Of a stretch of 64,000 nt of DNA, positions 39,875 through 54,652 are shown one piece after another (the first letter of the stretch is position 1; every line of letters begins with the position of its first letter). Position numbers and translations under genes: made by a program. The notes beneath the pieces were generated by a model, which ran no database searches, was not told the DNA's origin, and saw only the letters and a program-made list of their open reading frames with translations. The stretch lies in the NCBI GenBank assembly GCA_963663225.1, contig OY760142.1, positions 1,408,001 to 1,472,000 of the forward strand, read 5' to 3'. The DNA comes from Nitrospirota bacterium (lineage in GTDB: Bacteria; Nitrospirota; UBA9217).

Positions 39875-40780
39875 ATGAAAATTATTTTGGTAGGACAAGG
39901 GCCTTTCGGTGAAAAAGTTTTAGAGGCCCTGATAAAAAGCAAAGAAGAAATAGTTGCATCTTTTTCTCCCGCAGACAAAAGGGGAGAGGGGATGCATATC
40001 GTGGCTGAAAAAGCGGGGATTTCCTCTTTTCGTCCGAAAGCCATGAAAGATCCGGGTGTTTACGATCTGTTTGTTAAACTGCAGCCGGATGTAGTCGCCC
40101 TCGCTTTTGTTACGGAGATTATTCCTGAAACACTGCTTACTGTACCTGTCTTAGGAAGCATTTGCTATCATCCCTCTCTTTTACCGAGGCATCGCGGAGC
40201 GAGCGCCATTAATTGGTCTATTATTCAGGGTGATACACGAACAGGTCTGACGGTCTTCTGGGTTGACAAGGGTATAGACACCGGCCCGATCCTGCTGCAA
40301 AAGGAAATTGATATCGGTCCGGATGACACGACAGGATCGTTGTATTTTAACAAACTATTCTCCATGGGCGTGGATGCCATGGCAGAGTCCATTGCGCTCA
40401 TTAAAAGCGGGCAAGCTCAAAAAATTCGGCAGGATGAATCCCTGGCCACCTACGAACCCCCGTGTGATGATAAGGTCGCGCAGATAGATTTTAAAAAGCC
40501 CATCGATGAAATCTATAACCTGATTCGTGGATGTGATCCCCAACCGGGTGCCTATGTTGTTTTTGAAGGAAAAAAAATAAGATTTTATGACACAAAAAAA
40601 AGTCCTCAAAAAACGGGCAAACAGCCGGGCGAAATTGTTTCAATCGACGATGCAGGACTCTCCATCGCTGTTAACGGCGGCTCTATAAAAGCTGGAAAAG
40701 TCAGAGTGGACAAGGGCGAAAAAGTAAACCCGATTGAATTTGCCCAAAAAATGAACCTGAAGCCCGGCGATCGTTTGTAA
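39875..40780 (+). CDS. Formyltransferase resembling the N-terminal domain of 10-formyl-THF dehydrogenase
   Basis: GQ..FG..V, YHPSLLPRHRGASAINW, FWVDKGIDTG, LF..G, ATYE. Confidence 0.8.
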   Translation: MKIILVGQGPFGEKVLEALIKSKEEIVASFSPADKRGEGMHIVAEKAGISSFRPKAMKDPGVYDLFVKLQPDVVALAFVTEIIPETLLTVPVLGSICYHPSLLPRHRGASAINWSIIQGDTRTGLTVFWVDKGIDTGPILLQKEIDIGPDDTTGSLYFNKLFSMGVDAMAESIALIKSGQAQKIRQDESLATYEPPCDDKVAQIDFKKPIDEIYNLIRGCDPQPGAYVVFEGKKIRFYDTKKSPQKTGKQPGEIVSIDDAGLSIAVNGGSIKAGKVRVDKGEKVNPIEFAQKMNLKPGDRL

Positions 40781-40936
40781 CCTGAATTGAGTTTCCCGCT
40801 TATCAGAACCTTAGTAAATACATCCTCCAACCAACGTTTTAATCAAAACAAACCACATTGCTTTTCCATTGACAGCATCCAGCGTCTCAATTATATTTAG
40901 TTTAACAATCTAGCTTTTTTGAATATCGAGTACACT

Positions 40937-41326
40937 ATGGTCTGGCTGGCTATTACACTAGCAGGGTTGATACTGGTTGTTCTCCTCCTCAGTAACCGAA
41001 AGCAGCACACATTTCCCCCCAAGATAGACAGGCATGACAGTGATGACTGGAAATACGGCGATATCTGGAAACAGGATTCCCTGGATGAATCCGGCACTGA
41101 TCAGAGTCAAGAGTTTGTTCCGATACTTCGCGGTGAAACAGGTTGGGGGTATGATGATACTCTTATGAATGATTTTGTTCTGTACCTGGGATCAAAGGGC
41201 ATCCGTGCAAGCTATGACTCATTCCCGCTCGATCAGGTTAATGTATACGTGCTCAAAGTTGAAGTTGGAAAAGAGAATGAAGCGAGAAAAATATTACAAG
41301 ACAAATTTTCTGAGGAAGTCAAATAA
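40937..41326 (+). CDS. Hypothetical protein with an N-terminal TM helix
   Basis: Single hydrophobic segment, then an acidic region; TTGACA promoter-like element upstream. Confidence 0.55.
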   Translation: MVWLAITLAGLILVVLLLSNRKQHTFPPKIDRHDSDDWKYGDIWKQDSLDESGTDQSQEFVPILRGETGWGYDDTLMNDFVLYLGSKGIRASYDSFPLDQVNVYVLKVEVGKENEARKILQDKFSEEVK

Positions 41327-41368
41327 ACTCGCAGCAAAAAGTATTTTGTTGCTGCCATTGGATTATTC

Positions 41369-42496
41369 ATGACGAACATCCGTCTTCTGAAGAACGGAGT
41401 GGAGGCTTTCCCCGCGATGTTCGCGGCCCTGGATCGAGCCGCATCTTCCATCGCACTCGAAATGTATATTTTTTCAGATGACGATACCGGCAAAGCGTTT
41501 CACGATCATCTTTTTGCTGCGGCCAGGAGGGGAGTGCGAGTTCAGATTCTCGTTGATGCATGGGGCTCGTGGAGTTTGCCTGATGCCTACTGGAATGCTA
41601 TTCGCTCTGTTGGCGGAGAGATTCGATGGTTCCATCCTCTTTTAAAAGGACTTCTTCCGTTTCGCAACCACCGGAAACTTTTGCTTATTGACAACCGTCT
41701 TGCCTATATTGGAGGAATGAATATCGCGGACGAGTACTATCGAGGAGCAAAAGGCGAGTTGCCATGGCGTGATAATGTTGTTGAAATTTCCGGTCTGGAG
41801 GTGACTCAACTCAGACGTTCTTTTTCGAGGATGTGGGCCAAAGCAGATATGCCCTATCGACGACTGTTCCGCTGGCTGAACACTCGGCATCGCATGAAGA
41901 TTACTAAATGTAAAAAAGTGCAATTTTTAGAGAGCGGCCCCGACAATCCTATGCGGCCGGTGCGACAAGCGTATCTGCTGACAGTTCAGGACGCACGGAA
42001 AAGCATTGATCTGGCCATGAGCTACTTCTATCCACACGGCAGAATACTTTCTGCGCTAAAGCGCGCAGCCGCTCGGGGTGTTCGTGTACGATTGCTCGTT
42101 CCTCGGAAAATTGATGTAACAGTAGCACGCTGGGCCGCATGCGGGCTGTACGGCAGACTGCTCAGGGCAGGCATGGAAGTATGGGAATACGAGCCTGCAG
42201 TAATGCATGCAAAGCTTGCGATAGCGGATGATGCAGTCATTGCAGGATCAGCAAATCTTGATATCCGTAGCGGTAGAATCAATCATGAATTGGTTGCAAT
42301 AGTAGCTGAACCGACCATTGCAACGAAAGCTCGCGAGGATTTTGAAGACGATCTTCGATGTTCGCAGCGGATTTTTCTTAAGGATTGGGAGACGAGGCCG
42401 CTTGTGCAAAAGCTTAAAGAACGCATTAGTTATTTTTTGCTGGCACGGACGGATGTTTATGTTGCCAGATTCTCAATGGCAAGAAAGATGAGGTAA
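41369..42496 (+). CDS. Cardiolipin synthase (ClsB-like phospholipase D)
   Basis: Two HKD motifs: HRKLLLID and HAKLAIAD...GSANLD. Confidence 0.88.
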   Translation: MTNIRLLKNGVEAFPAMFAALDRAASSIALEMYIFSDDDTGKAFHDHLFAAARRGVRVQILVDAWGSWSLPDAYWNAIRSVGGEIRWFHPLLKGLLPFRNHRKLLLIDNRLAYIGGMNIADEYYRGAKGELPWRDNVVEISGLEVTQLRRSFSRMWAKADMPYRRLFRWLNTRHRMKITKCKKVQFLESGPDNPMRPVRQAYLLTVQDARKSIDLAMSYFYPHGRILSALKRAAARGVRVRLLVPRKIDVTVARWAACGLYGRLLRAGMEVWEYEPAVMHAKLAIADDAVIAGSANLDIRSGRINHELVAIVAEPTIATKAREDFEDDLRCSQRIFLKDWETRPLVQKLKERISYFLLARTDVYVARFSMARKMR

Positions 42497-42591
42497 GAAA
42501 CCTGAGGACAGAGAATATGCGGATTCACTCCGTTTTCTGGGTTTAAGAAAGGGTTCTTGGTGAAAAATTGTGGTATGAGAAGGAGGATTAT

Positions 42592-43164
42592 ATGGGTATC
42601 AAAGGAACTAAAACTGAACAGAATTTGCTTGCAGCTTTTGCAGGAGAATCACAGGCTCGAAACCGGTATACTTTTTTTGCAAGCGCTGCCAAAAAAGAGG
42701 GGTATGAGCAGATTGCGGCAATATTCCAGGAGACCGCTGACAACGAAAAAGAGCACGCGAAGCGATTTTTCAAATTCCTCGAAGGCGGTATGGCTGAATT
42801 CACGGCAACTTTTCCTGCCGGACGAATTGGTACTACGGCAGAAAACCTGAAGGCAGCTGCAGAAGGCGAGCATGAGGAATGGGAAAAGCTATACCCTGTT
42901 TTCGCGGAGGTTGCAAAGAAAGAAGGTTTTTCCGATGTTGCAGCGGCGTTCATGTGCATTTCCCAGGTTGAAATTGAGCATGAAAAACGTTATTTGCATT
43001 TGCTGGAAAATATTCAGCAGGGCAAGGTGTTTAAACGAGATACGGCCACGGCCTGGAAATGCCGCAATTGCGGCTACCATCACGAAGGGCAAACGGCGCC
43101 AGAGCAGTGCCCCGCTTGTTTGCATCCGCGGAGCTTCTTCGAGTTGTTTACAGAAACATATTGA
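42592..43164 (+). CDS. rbr: Rubrerythrin
   Basis: AFAGESQARNRY, two ExxH motifs, C-terminal CRNCG...CPAC. Confidence 0.93.
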   Translation: MGIKGTKTEQNLLAAFAGESQARNRYTFFASAAKKEGYEQIAAIFQETADNEKEHAKRFFKFLEGGMAEFTATFPAGRIGTTAENLKAAAEGEHEEWEKLYPVFAEVAKKEGFSDVAAAFMCISQVEIEHEKRYLHLLENIQQGKVFKRDTATAWKCRNCGYHHEGQTAPEQCPACLHPRSFFELFTETY

Positions 43165-43202
43165 ATTGAGCGGCCGGTCTTTTTGCTAAAAGCGGGGTTG
43201 TC

Positions 43203-44630
43203 CTAACGGGTTTCCAGGCTTTTTACTTCCCCAACACGGTGAATTTTGATCATATTCGTGGCGCCGACGACGCCAAGAGGAACTCCCGCGGTGAGCACGA
43301 TCATGTCTTTTGCCTTGATAAGTTTTTGGGCAAGCATGGTATGCTCAACAGCGGCGATCATGTCGTCGGTGGTCCTCTTTGTCCGTAAAATTACCGGTGT
43401 TACCCCCCAATACAGGGATATTTTTCTGGCAACTTTCTCGAAAGGTGTTGCAGCGATAATCGGGACTGTCGGTTTATGTTTGGAAACGAGCAAAGCAGTA
43501 GATCCGGAATGTGTGAAGGTGACAATAGCGCGTGCTTGAAGTTCTGCCGCAGCTCTGCAGGCAGCATGAGCCATGCTCTCGCCGGTACCGAAAATATTGA
43601 CATCAGGCGGGCGGGTGGGCAGGGACTTTTCAGCCTGCACGGCAATTTTTGTCATAAAAGCAACTGATTGTATCGGGTAGTTTCCGACTGCGGTTTCTCC
43701 TGAAAGCATAACGCAGTCCGAACCATCCAGAATCGCGTTTGCCACGTCTGATGCTTCAGCACGAGTAGGCTGCGGATTTTCAATCATGCTTTCGAGCATT
43801 TGTGTGGCCGTAATCACGGGTTTCTCAGCTTCATTGCAGGCCTTGATAATCCGCTTCTGAAGCAGGGGGACTTGTTCCGGGGACATTTCTACCCCAAGAT
43901 CGCCGCGGGCCACCATGATGCCATCCGCCTCACGGATTATATCCTCCAGATTATAGATAGCCTCAGGTTTTTCAATTTTCGCTATGATCGGAATGTCGGC
44001 TTTCAGTGACCGCAGAAAACGCCTGGCGCGAATGATGTCATCCGCCCGCCGGACGAAGGACATAGCGATATAATCCACACTTTGTTTTACGCCAAAAGCC
44101 AGATCTATCTTGTCCTTGCGTGAAAGAGACGGAAGGGTGAGGTGGGCGCCGGGAAGATTGACCCCTTTATGGCTTTTCAGAACACCCCCGCGAACAACTT
44201 TGCAGACCAGGTGAGCAGAATTTTTCTTCGCAACCGTGAGCTCGAGTCTGCCGTCATCCAAAAGAACGGTATCATGAAGCTTGAGATCTTTTATCAGGCG
44301 CGGGTATGTTACGGAAATCTGTTCCCGTGTGCTGAGAATATTTTTTGTTGTGAGGGTCAGAAAATCCCCCCGCCGCAGAGTTATAGAACCATTTTGTATT
44401 GTTCCAACACGCAGTTTTGGCCCCTGCAAATCCTGAATAATTGCAATTTGCTTCCCGGCTTTTACCGCCTCTTGTCGGATTACCCTGATTCGGTGCACGT
44501 GGTCTTTTCGTTCGCCGTGTGAAAAGTTTAATCGCGCAGCATCCATTCCCGCATAGATAAGCCGGGCAATAGTAGCCGGTGAGCTTGAGGCTGGTCCGAT
44601 GGTTGCAATAATTTTTGTACGCTTCGTCAT
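43203..44630 (-). CDS. pyk: Pyruvate kinase
   Basis: TKIIATIGP, RLNFSHG, DLQGPK, IAKIE, MVARGDLG, ATQMLESM. Confidence 0.95.
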   Translation of the reverse strand: MTKRTKIIATIGPASSSPATIARLIYAGMDAARLNFSHGERKDHVHRIRVIRQEAVKAGKQIAIIQDLQGPKLRVGTIQNGSITLRRGDFLTLTTKNILSTREQISVTYPRLIKDLKLHDTVLLDDGRLELTVAKKNSAHLVCKVVRGGVLKSHKGVNLPGAHLTLPSLSRKDKIDLAFGVKQSVDYIAMSFVRRADDIIRARRFLRSLKADIPIIAKIEKPEAIYNLEDIIREADGIMVARGDLGVEMSPEQVPLLQKRIIKACNEAEKPVITATQMLESMIENPQPTRAEASDVANAILDGSDCVMLSGETAVGNYPIQSVAFMTKIAVQAEKSLPTRPPDVNIFGTGESMAHAACRAAAELQARAIVTFTHSGSTALLVSKHKPTVPIIAATPFEKVARKISLYWGVTPVILRTKRTTDDMIAAVEHTMLAQKLIKAKDMIVLTAGVPLGVVGATNMIKIHRVGEVKSLETR

Positions 44631-44852
44631 GAAATCTCCTTTGCTGGTTCAAAACACGATGAAAATGCAGAGGTTGAAAAACGGCGACTTTTGAACAGTA
44701 TATCATATTTAACTTGCCAAAATGGATGTTTGAAGATAAAAAAGTTGCCGGCTGAAAAAAGGATGTTATAATAACACGGCAGCGCGAAAAAATCAAAAAA
44801 AGCCCGCGCTGAGCGAACAATTTACAGAAACACAGAATGCGGAGTTTTAAGC

Positions 44853-45998
44853 ATGCTCGAGACCATTGCTTCCCAGTTTCAAATCGAAGGCACGTTTATA
44901 AAGGCTGAACGTTTTGGAAGTGGCTTAATTAACGATACCTATCTGTGCGAATATAAAGAAAACGAAAAAACCAGCAAACATATTTTGCAGCGGATAAATT
45001 CCTTCGTGTTTAAACAGCCCGAACATGTTATGCGCAATATCGAAGTGGTAACTTTGCATATTTTGAAGCAACTCTCTCAAAAAGACATCGACAATTTAGA
45101 AATTATTACACCGACGCTGCTGTACAGCAAAAAAGGACAGCCATATTTTCGCGACAGCCTCGGCTCCTACTGGCGGTTATTTCGCTTTATCGAAGTCGGC
45201 AGCGTTTTTGATACTATACAGGATATTGGGCACGCATTTGAGGTTGGGTGCTGTCTCGGAAAGTTTCAATCCCTTGCGTCGGATATCAAGCCGCAGTTGC
45301 TCCGGGTAACGCTTCCCGGCTTCCATGACACACCGAGATATCTGAAGGAATACGATAAAGCGTTGAAGGAAAACTGCAGGGACCGTTCTGGCCTGATAGA
45401 ACGCGAAATTGCTTTTGTAGAGCAAAGAAGACTGCTCGCTCCAATCCTTATGGAATTGATGACCTCCGGAGGCATTCCGCTTCGTGTTGTTCATAATGAC
45501 CCCAAAGTAAATAACATCATGATTCACACAACGACTCACAAGGCCTTGTGCATGCTGGATTTAGATACAGTCATGCCGGGGATTGTGCATTTTGACTATG
45601 CAGATTGTGTGCGCTCTGCTGCCAATCCTGCGGGAGAAGAAAAGGACGATCTGAAAAAAGTTGATTTTGATTTGAGCTTTTTTGAGGCGATAACGAAAGG
45701 ATATCTTCAGGAAGCGGGCAAGTTTCTTACCCGTGAGGAACGTGATGCACTTCCCGTATCGATAAAGGTCTTAACGTTTGAACTAGGAATCCGCTTCCTT
45801 GCCGATTACCTTCGCGGTGACAGCTATTTCAAAATTAAATACCCAGCACAGAACCTTGATCGTGCGCAAGTCCAGTTTAGACTGCTTGAACGCATAGAAG
45901 CAAAGTACGCACAGATTGCATCAGTGGTCGCTTTGCTTGCGTCGCATAGCAGCAAAACATGCACAAAGCATCCAGGACCAGAAGAATTAAAGCATTAG
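44853..45998 (+). CDS. APH-fold phosphotransferase (N-acetylhexosamine-1-kinase-like)
   Basis: GSGLINDTY, LQRIN, HNDPKVNN, DLDTVMPG. Confidence 0.8.
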   Translation: MLETIASQFQIEGTFIKAERFGSGLINDTYLCEYKENEKTSKHILQRINSFVFKQPEHVMRNIEVVTLHILKQLSQKDIDNLEIITPTLLYSKKGQPYFRDSLGSYWRLFRFIEVGSVFDTIQDIGHAFEVGCCLGKFQSLASDIKPQLLRVTLPGFHDTPRYLKEYDKALKENCRDRSGLIEREIAFVEQRRLLAPILMELMTSGGIPLRVVHNDPKVNNIMIHTTTHKALCMLDLDTVMPGIVHFDYADCVRSAANPAGEEKDDLKKVDFDLSFFEAITKGYLQEAGKFLTREERDALPVSIKVLTFELGIRFLADYLRGDSYFKIKYPAQNLDRAQVQFRLLERIEAKYAQIASVVALLASHSSKTCTKHPGPEELKH

Positions 45999-46026
45999 CA
46001 TATCCGGAGAAAGGAGGTGGCGCTCA

Positions 46027-46095
46027 ATGGCATGCGGCAAGAAATGTGGTGCGAAGAAAAAGGCAACGAAGAAAAAAGCTACGAAGAAAAAATAA
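46027..46095 (+). CDS. 22-aa Lys-rich small protein MACGKKCGAKKKATKKKATKKK
   Basis: GAAAGGAGGT SD just upstream, own terminator downstream; absent from the ORF track. Confidence 0.7.
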   Translation: MACGKKCGAKKKATKKKATKKK

Positions 46096-46103
46096 AATGG
46101 TTG

Positions 46104-46133
46104 AGGCGGGTGCGATAACGCCCGCCTTTTTTT
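46104..46133 (+). terminator. Intrinsic terminator
   Basis: aggcgggtg/cgcccgcct stem followed by a T-run. Confidence 0.8.
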
Positions 46134-46271
46134 AAGCCCGGCCGATAGACTGTTTCCCAGTATTACATTGACATTTAAAACGAGGTGTGATAGAAAAATT
46201 TGCTGATTCAAGTCCGTACTAAAAGCATATAAAATTTTTCCAGAACAGATAATAATGAGCGAGGTTTCTTA

Positions 46272-47489
46272 ATGTTTTCCGCAAAAGAACAGTTGAATGT
46301 AATAAAACGCGGTGCTGTAGAGGTTATTATTGAAAGCGATTTGCTGAAGAAGCTTGAAAAATCACTTGCTACCAATAAACCGCTCCGCATTAAGGCAGGC
46401 TTCGATCCCACGGCTCCTGATATTCATCTCGGGCATACCGTGCTGTTAAACAAGATGCATCAATTCCAGGAACTGGGGCACGAAGTTATTTTTCTCATCG
46501 GCGACTTTACGGGCATGATTGGGGACCCCACAGGGAAATCTGAGACGAGAAAACACCTTTCCCGGGAAGAGGTCCTGGACAACGCCAAGACGTACCAATC
46601 TCAAATCTATAAGGTTCTTGACAAGCAAAAAACGAGAATTGCCTTTAACAGTGCATGGATGGCGGACATGAAGGCAGAGCAACTGATCCAGCTTGCAGCA
46701 CAATACACTGTTGCCCGCATGTTGGAGCGTGAAGATTTTAAAAAGCGCTATCAGGCCGAACTCCCGATCAGCATTCACGAATTTCTTTATCCGCTCATAC
46801 AGGGGTACGATTCTGTCGCGCTCCAGGCCGACGTAGAACTTGGCGGCACAGACCAGAAATTTAATCTGCTTGTAGGGCGGGAGCTCCAGAAGGGGTGCGG
46901 GCAGGAACCTCAGTCAATCGTATTGATGCCGCTTCTTGAGGGTTTGGACGGATTAAATAAAATGAGCAAAAGCCTTGGTAACTATATTGGCATCAACGAG
47001 CCTGCCAAGGATATATTCGGCAAGATAATGTCCGTAAGCGACAAGTTGATGATTCGTTATTACGAGCTGCTCAGCGCTGTTTCTCTTCAAGACGTTGAGA
47101 AAATACAAGCCGACATCCAGACCGGCAAGCTCCATCCTATGGAAGCGAAAAAGATGCTTGCCTCGGAATTTGCGGACCGTTTTTGCGGATCCGGTGAAGG
47201 GCAAAAAGCCCGGCAGGAGTTTGAGAAAGTATTCAGTAAAAAAAATCTGCCGGAGGATATCCCCATTGCTGAAATAGTTTGGGATGGAGAAAAGATGAAG
47301 CTCACAAAAATCATGTCGACATCAGGAATTGTAGCGAGCAACTCTGAAGCGCGTAGAATGATTCAGCAGGGCGCAGTAGAGGTAAACGAAAAACCGGTCA
47401 AGGATATTGATGCAGAGTTATCAAAAGATGGTGAATATGTAATGCGGGTCGGGAAAAAACGTTTTGTGAAAATTGTCTCAAAGAAATAG
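46272..47489 (+). CDS. tyrS: Tyrosine--tRNA ligase
   Basis: [32 protein letters not shown]-terminal S4 domain. Confidence 0.96.
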   Translation: MFSAKEQLNVIKRGAVEVIIESDLLKKLEKSLATNKPLRIKAGFDPTAPDIHLGHTVLLNKMHQFQELGHEVIFLIGDFTGMIGDPTGKSETRKHLSREEVLDNAKTYQSQIYKVLDKQKTRIAFNSAWMADMKAEQLIQLAAQYTVARMLEREDFKKRYQAELPISIHEFLYPLIQGYDSVALQADVELGGTDQKFNLLVGRELQKGCGQEPQSIVLMPLLEGLDGLNKMSKSLGNYIGINEPAKDIFGKIMSVSDKLMIRYYELLSAVSLQDVEKIQADIQTGKLHPMEAKKMLASEFADRFCGSGEGQKARQEFEKVFSKKNLPEDIPIAEIVWDGEKMKLTKIMSTSGIVASNSEARRMIQQGAVEVNEKPVKDIDAELSKDGEYVMRVGKKRFVKIVSKK

Positions 47490-47614
47490 GGCTAAAATTG
47501 CTTAAAATATTCAACCGCGCATGCCTCTACAGGTGGCGGATAGTTAATAGCTATATCTTATTTTCTTATTGGGGTCAGGAAGAATAAAAAAATGCATTTA
47601 ATACGAAAAAAGAC

Positions 47615-47805
47615 TTGACAGAAGGTCCGGATTCTGATAAATTGCGCCCTCGTTGGCCGTAAAACCTCGGGCAAAACCTCGAAGCTTTATTACTACCAAC
47701 CAGCTTAAATAATAAAAAATTGAAGTTATTTTTCTTGACAAAATAAATTAAGTCTGATAATATTATTATTCTGCGATGTAGGCAGTATGTGCATGGTCTT
47801 TGAAA
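47615..47805 (+). promoter_or_regulatory. rrn P1/P2 promoters and boxA
   Basis: TTGACA-17-TAAATT at 47615, TTGACA-17-TAATAT at 47735, boxA-like TGGTCTTTGAAA at 47794. Confidence 0.8.
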
Positions 47806-47917
47806 ACTAAATAGGTGTAGAAACTCAAATCACTAACCAAAGTGGTTTGAGTGTTGGCGGGTTTTTGAGTATATAAAAGTCAAGTTACCTTGAGTAACAT
47901 TGCATAAGGATCAGATT

Positions 47918-49488
<1,571 letters not shown>

Positions 49489-49647
49489 GGCTTACAACGA
49501 ACAAGTTTTCGTTGTCATCCAGGTCGTTCGCCAGCACCTATTTAGTTTTGAAGGACCATGAGCAATGCTCAGGGCTATAGGCATGGGCTCGGAGCTTTAC
49601 CCCCGGGAAAAGTCCTGAGCCTGATCGAAGCGAAGTATAATCGTGAC

Positions 49648-49724
<77 letters not shown>

Positions 49725-49762
49725 AGCCAATTAAGATCATATGGTTTGATCTGGTTGCTGTC

Positions 49763-49838
49763 GGGGCTGTAGCTCAGCTGGGAGAGCACCTGCTTTGCAA
49801 GCAGGGGGTCGGCGGTTCGATCCCGCTCAGCTCCACCA
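49763..49838 (+). tRNA. tRNA-Ala(TGC)
   Basis: GGGGCTG...TTTGCAA...TTCGA...ACCA. Confidence 0.97.
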
Positions 49839-49971
49839 TTAAAATTTAAATATTATTTTTTTGATCTTTGCGTATTACGCAAAGCGTTCTTTGACAACTG
49901 AATAGCAAGATACAAGTAAAAAGCTGAGGCGAAAATCAAGAAACGCTGAATCTGCCAGGAGCAGATTTGGT

Positions 49972-52970
<2,999 letters not shown>

Positions 52971-53050
52971 CTAAATTTTCTGCTTCTGACAGATTCGGCT
53001 TTTTGTATATCTTGCTTATTCAGTGTCAAATACATATGTCGTTTAAGGTT

Positions 53051-53168
<118 letters not shown>

Positions 53169-53176
53169 TATTTTTC

Positions 53177-53210
53177 AAGCCCATCATTCATTTGAGTGAT
53201 GGGCTTTTTT
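53177..53210 (+). terminator. rrn terminator
   Basis: aagcccatcattca/tgagtgatgggctt stem followed by a T-run. Confidence 0.85.
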
Positions 53211-53300
53211 AATATCCGAACTCTGCGCTGTGTCTTGCAATCAATACGTCAATCGTTTTTATATTTATAAAAAACAATTCTTCGTGCTATACTGTCGGCC

Positions 53301-54572
53301 ATGCGATTGATAGCAGACCTCCATGTCCACTCCCATTATTCCCGCGCAACAAGTAAAGATATGTCTCCTGAGGGCATCTGGAGATGGGCACAGCTCAAAG
53401 GTATTTCCGTTATTGGCACCGGTGATTTTACCCACCCACAGTGGCTTAAAGAACTGCAGGAAAAAACTGAACCAACAGGGAACGGCCTGCTCACGCTCAA
53501 GAAAGAATTTCAGACTGCTGACGTTCCTGCATCCTGCAAGGCCGATGTGTCTTTCGTTCTCTCCGCGGAAATCAGCTGTATCTACAGTAAAAATGGAAAG
53601 ACGAGGAAAATACACTCAGTCATTCTTGCACCGGACTTTGCCAGTGCTGCACGGCTGAATCTGGCTCTGACAAAAATCGGAAATCTAACCGCTGATGGCA
53701 GACCCATTCTCGGCCTCGACGCAAAAGAGTTGCTGAAAATTACGCTTGAAGCGTCCCCCGAGTCTTTGTTCATCCCTGCTCATGTGTGGACCCCGCATTT
53801 TTCCGTTTTCGGAGCGGCATCGGGGTTTGATTCCCTGGAAGAATGTTTTGAGGAACTGACGCCGCATATTTATGCTGTTGAAACAGGGCTTTCCTCGAAT
53901 CCAGCGATGAACTGGCGACTTTCCATGCTTGATCGGATAACACTGGTATCAAACTCCGATGCTCATTCAGCAGGAAAAATCGGACGCGAGGCGAATATCC
54001 TTGACACCGACCTCGCGTATTCATCTTTAACGGATGCAATCAAGACACGGAAGAATTTTCTCGGCACTATTGAGTTTTTCCCTGAGGAAGGAAAGTATCA
54101 TTTTGACGGCCACCGCGAGTGCAGTGCCAGTTTATCACCCCTGGAAACGATTCATCATAACTATCTCTGCCCGGTCTGCGGCAGGAAAGTCACGGTTGGT
54201 GTGATGCACCGGGTTGAAAAACTGGCCGATCGGCAAGAAGATTTCAAGCTTTCCGGTGCTCCCCCGTATCGCTCCATTATTCCGCTGCCTGAGATCATTG
54301 CAGAAAGCCTGAACGTAGGCGTAAACACAAAAACAGTAAATACTCAATATTTTCGCATGCTCGAAAAACTGGGCAATGAATTCAAAATACTCCTTGATAC
54401 CACGCCGGAAGATATCGAATGCGCTGGTACCCCTCTGATTAAGGAAGCCATCTCCCGCATGCGGAAAGGCAATATTCATATTGCGCCCGGATACGATGGT
54501 GAATATGGAAAGATCAGTATATTTAAAGAAACGGAACGAACGGTGGACAAGAGGCAGATGAAATTACTCTAA
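53301..54572 (+). CDS. Endonuclease Q family protein (PHP domain plus Zn finger)
   Basis: DLHVHSHYSRATS, GTGDFTHP, PAHVWTP, SNSDAHS, GKYH, CPVCG, PGYDGEYG. Confidence 0.88.
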   Translation: MRLIADLHVHSHYSRATSKDMSPEGIWRWAQLKGISVIGTGDFTHPQWLKELQEKTEPTGNGLLTLKKEFQTADVPASCKADVSFVLSAEISCIYSKNGKTRKIHSVILAPDFASAARLNLALTKIGNLTADGRPILGLDAKELLKITLEASPESLFIPAHVWTPHFSVFGAASGFDSLEECFEELTPHIYAVETGLSSNPAMNWRLSMLDRITLVSNSDAHSAGKIGREANILDTDLAYSSLTDAIKTRKNFLGTIEFFPEEGKYHFDGHRECSASLSPLETIHHNYLCPVCGRKVTVGVMHRVEKLADRQEDFKLSGAPPYRSIIPLPEIIAESLNVGVNTKTVNTQYFRMLEKLGNEFKILLDTTPEDIECAGTPLIKEAISRMRKGNIHIAPGYDGEYGKISIFKETERTVDKRQMKLL

Positions 54573-54652
54573 GATACCTGTTACGACGCAGACATGCAGA
54601 TTTTGTCGAGATACAGCCGTCTGGGGCGACCACTCTTCCAAAGGTTCTTCAC

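Noticed and set aside
46141-46271. T-box upstream of tyrS
   Set aside because: No T-box consensus or terminator; only a sigma70-like promoter at 46168.
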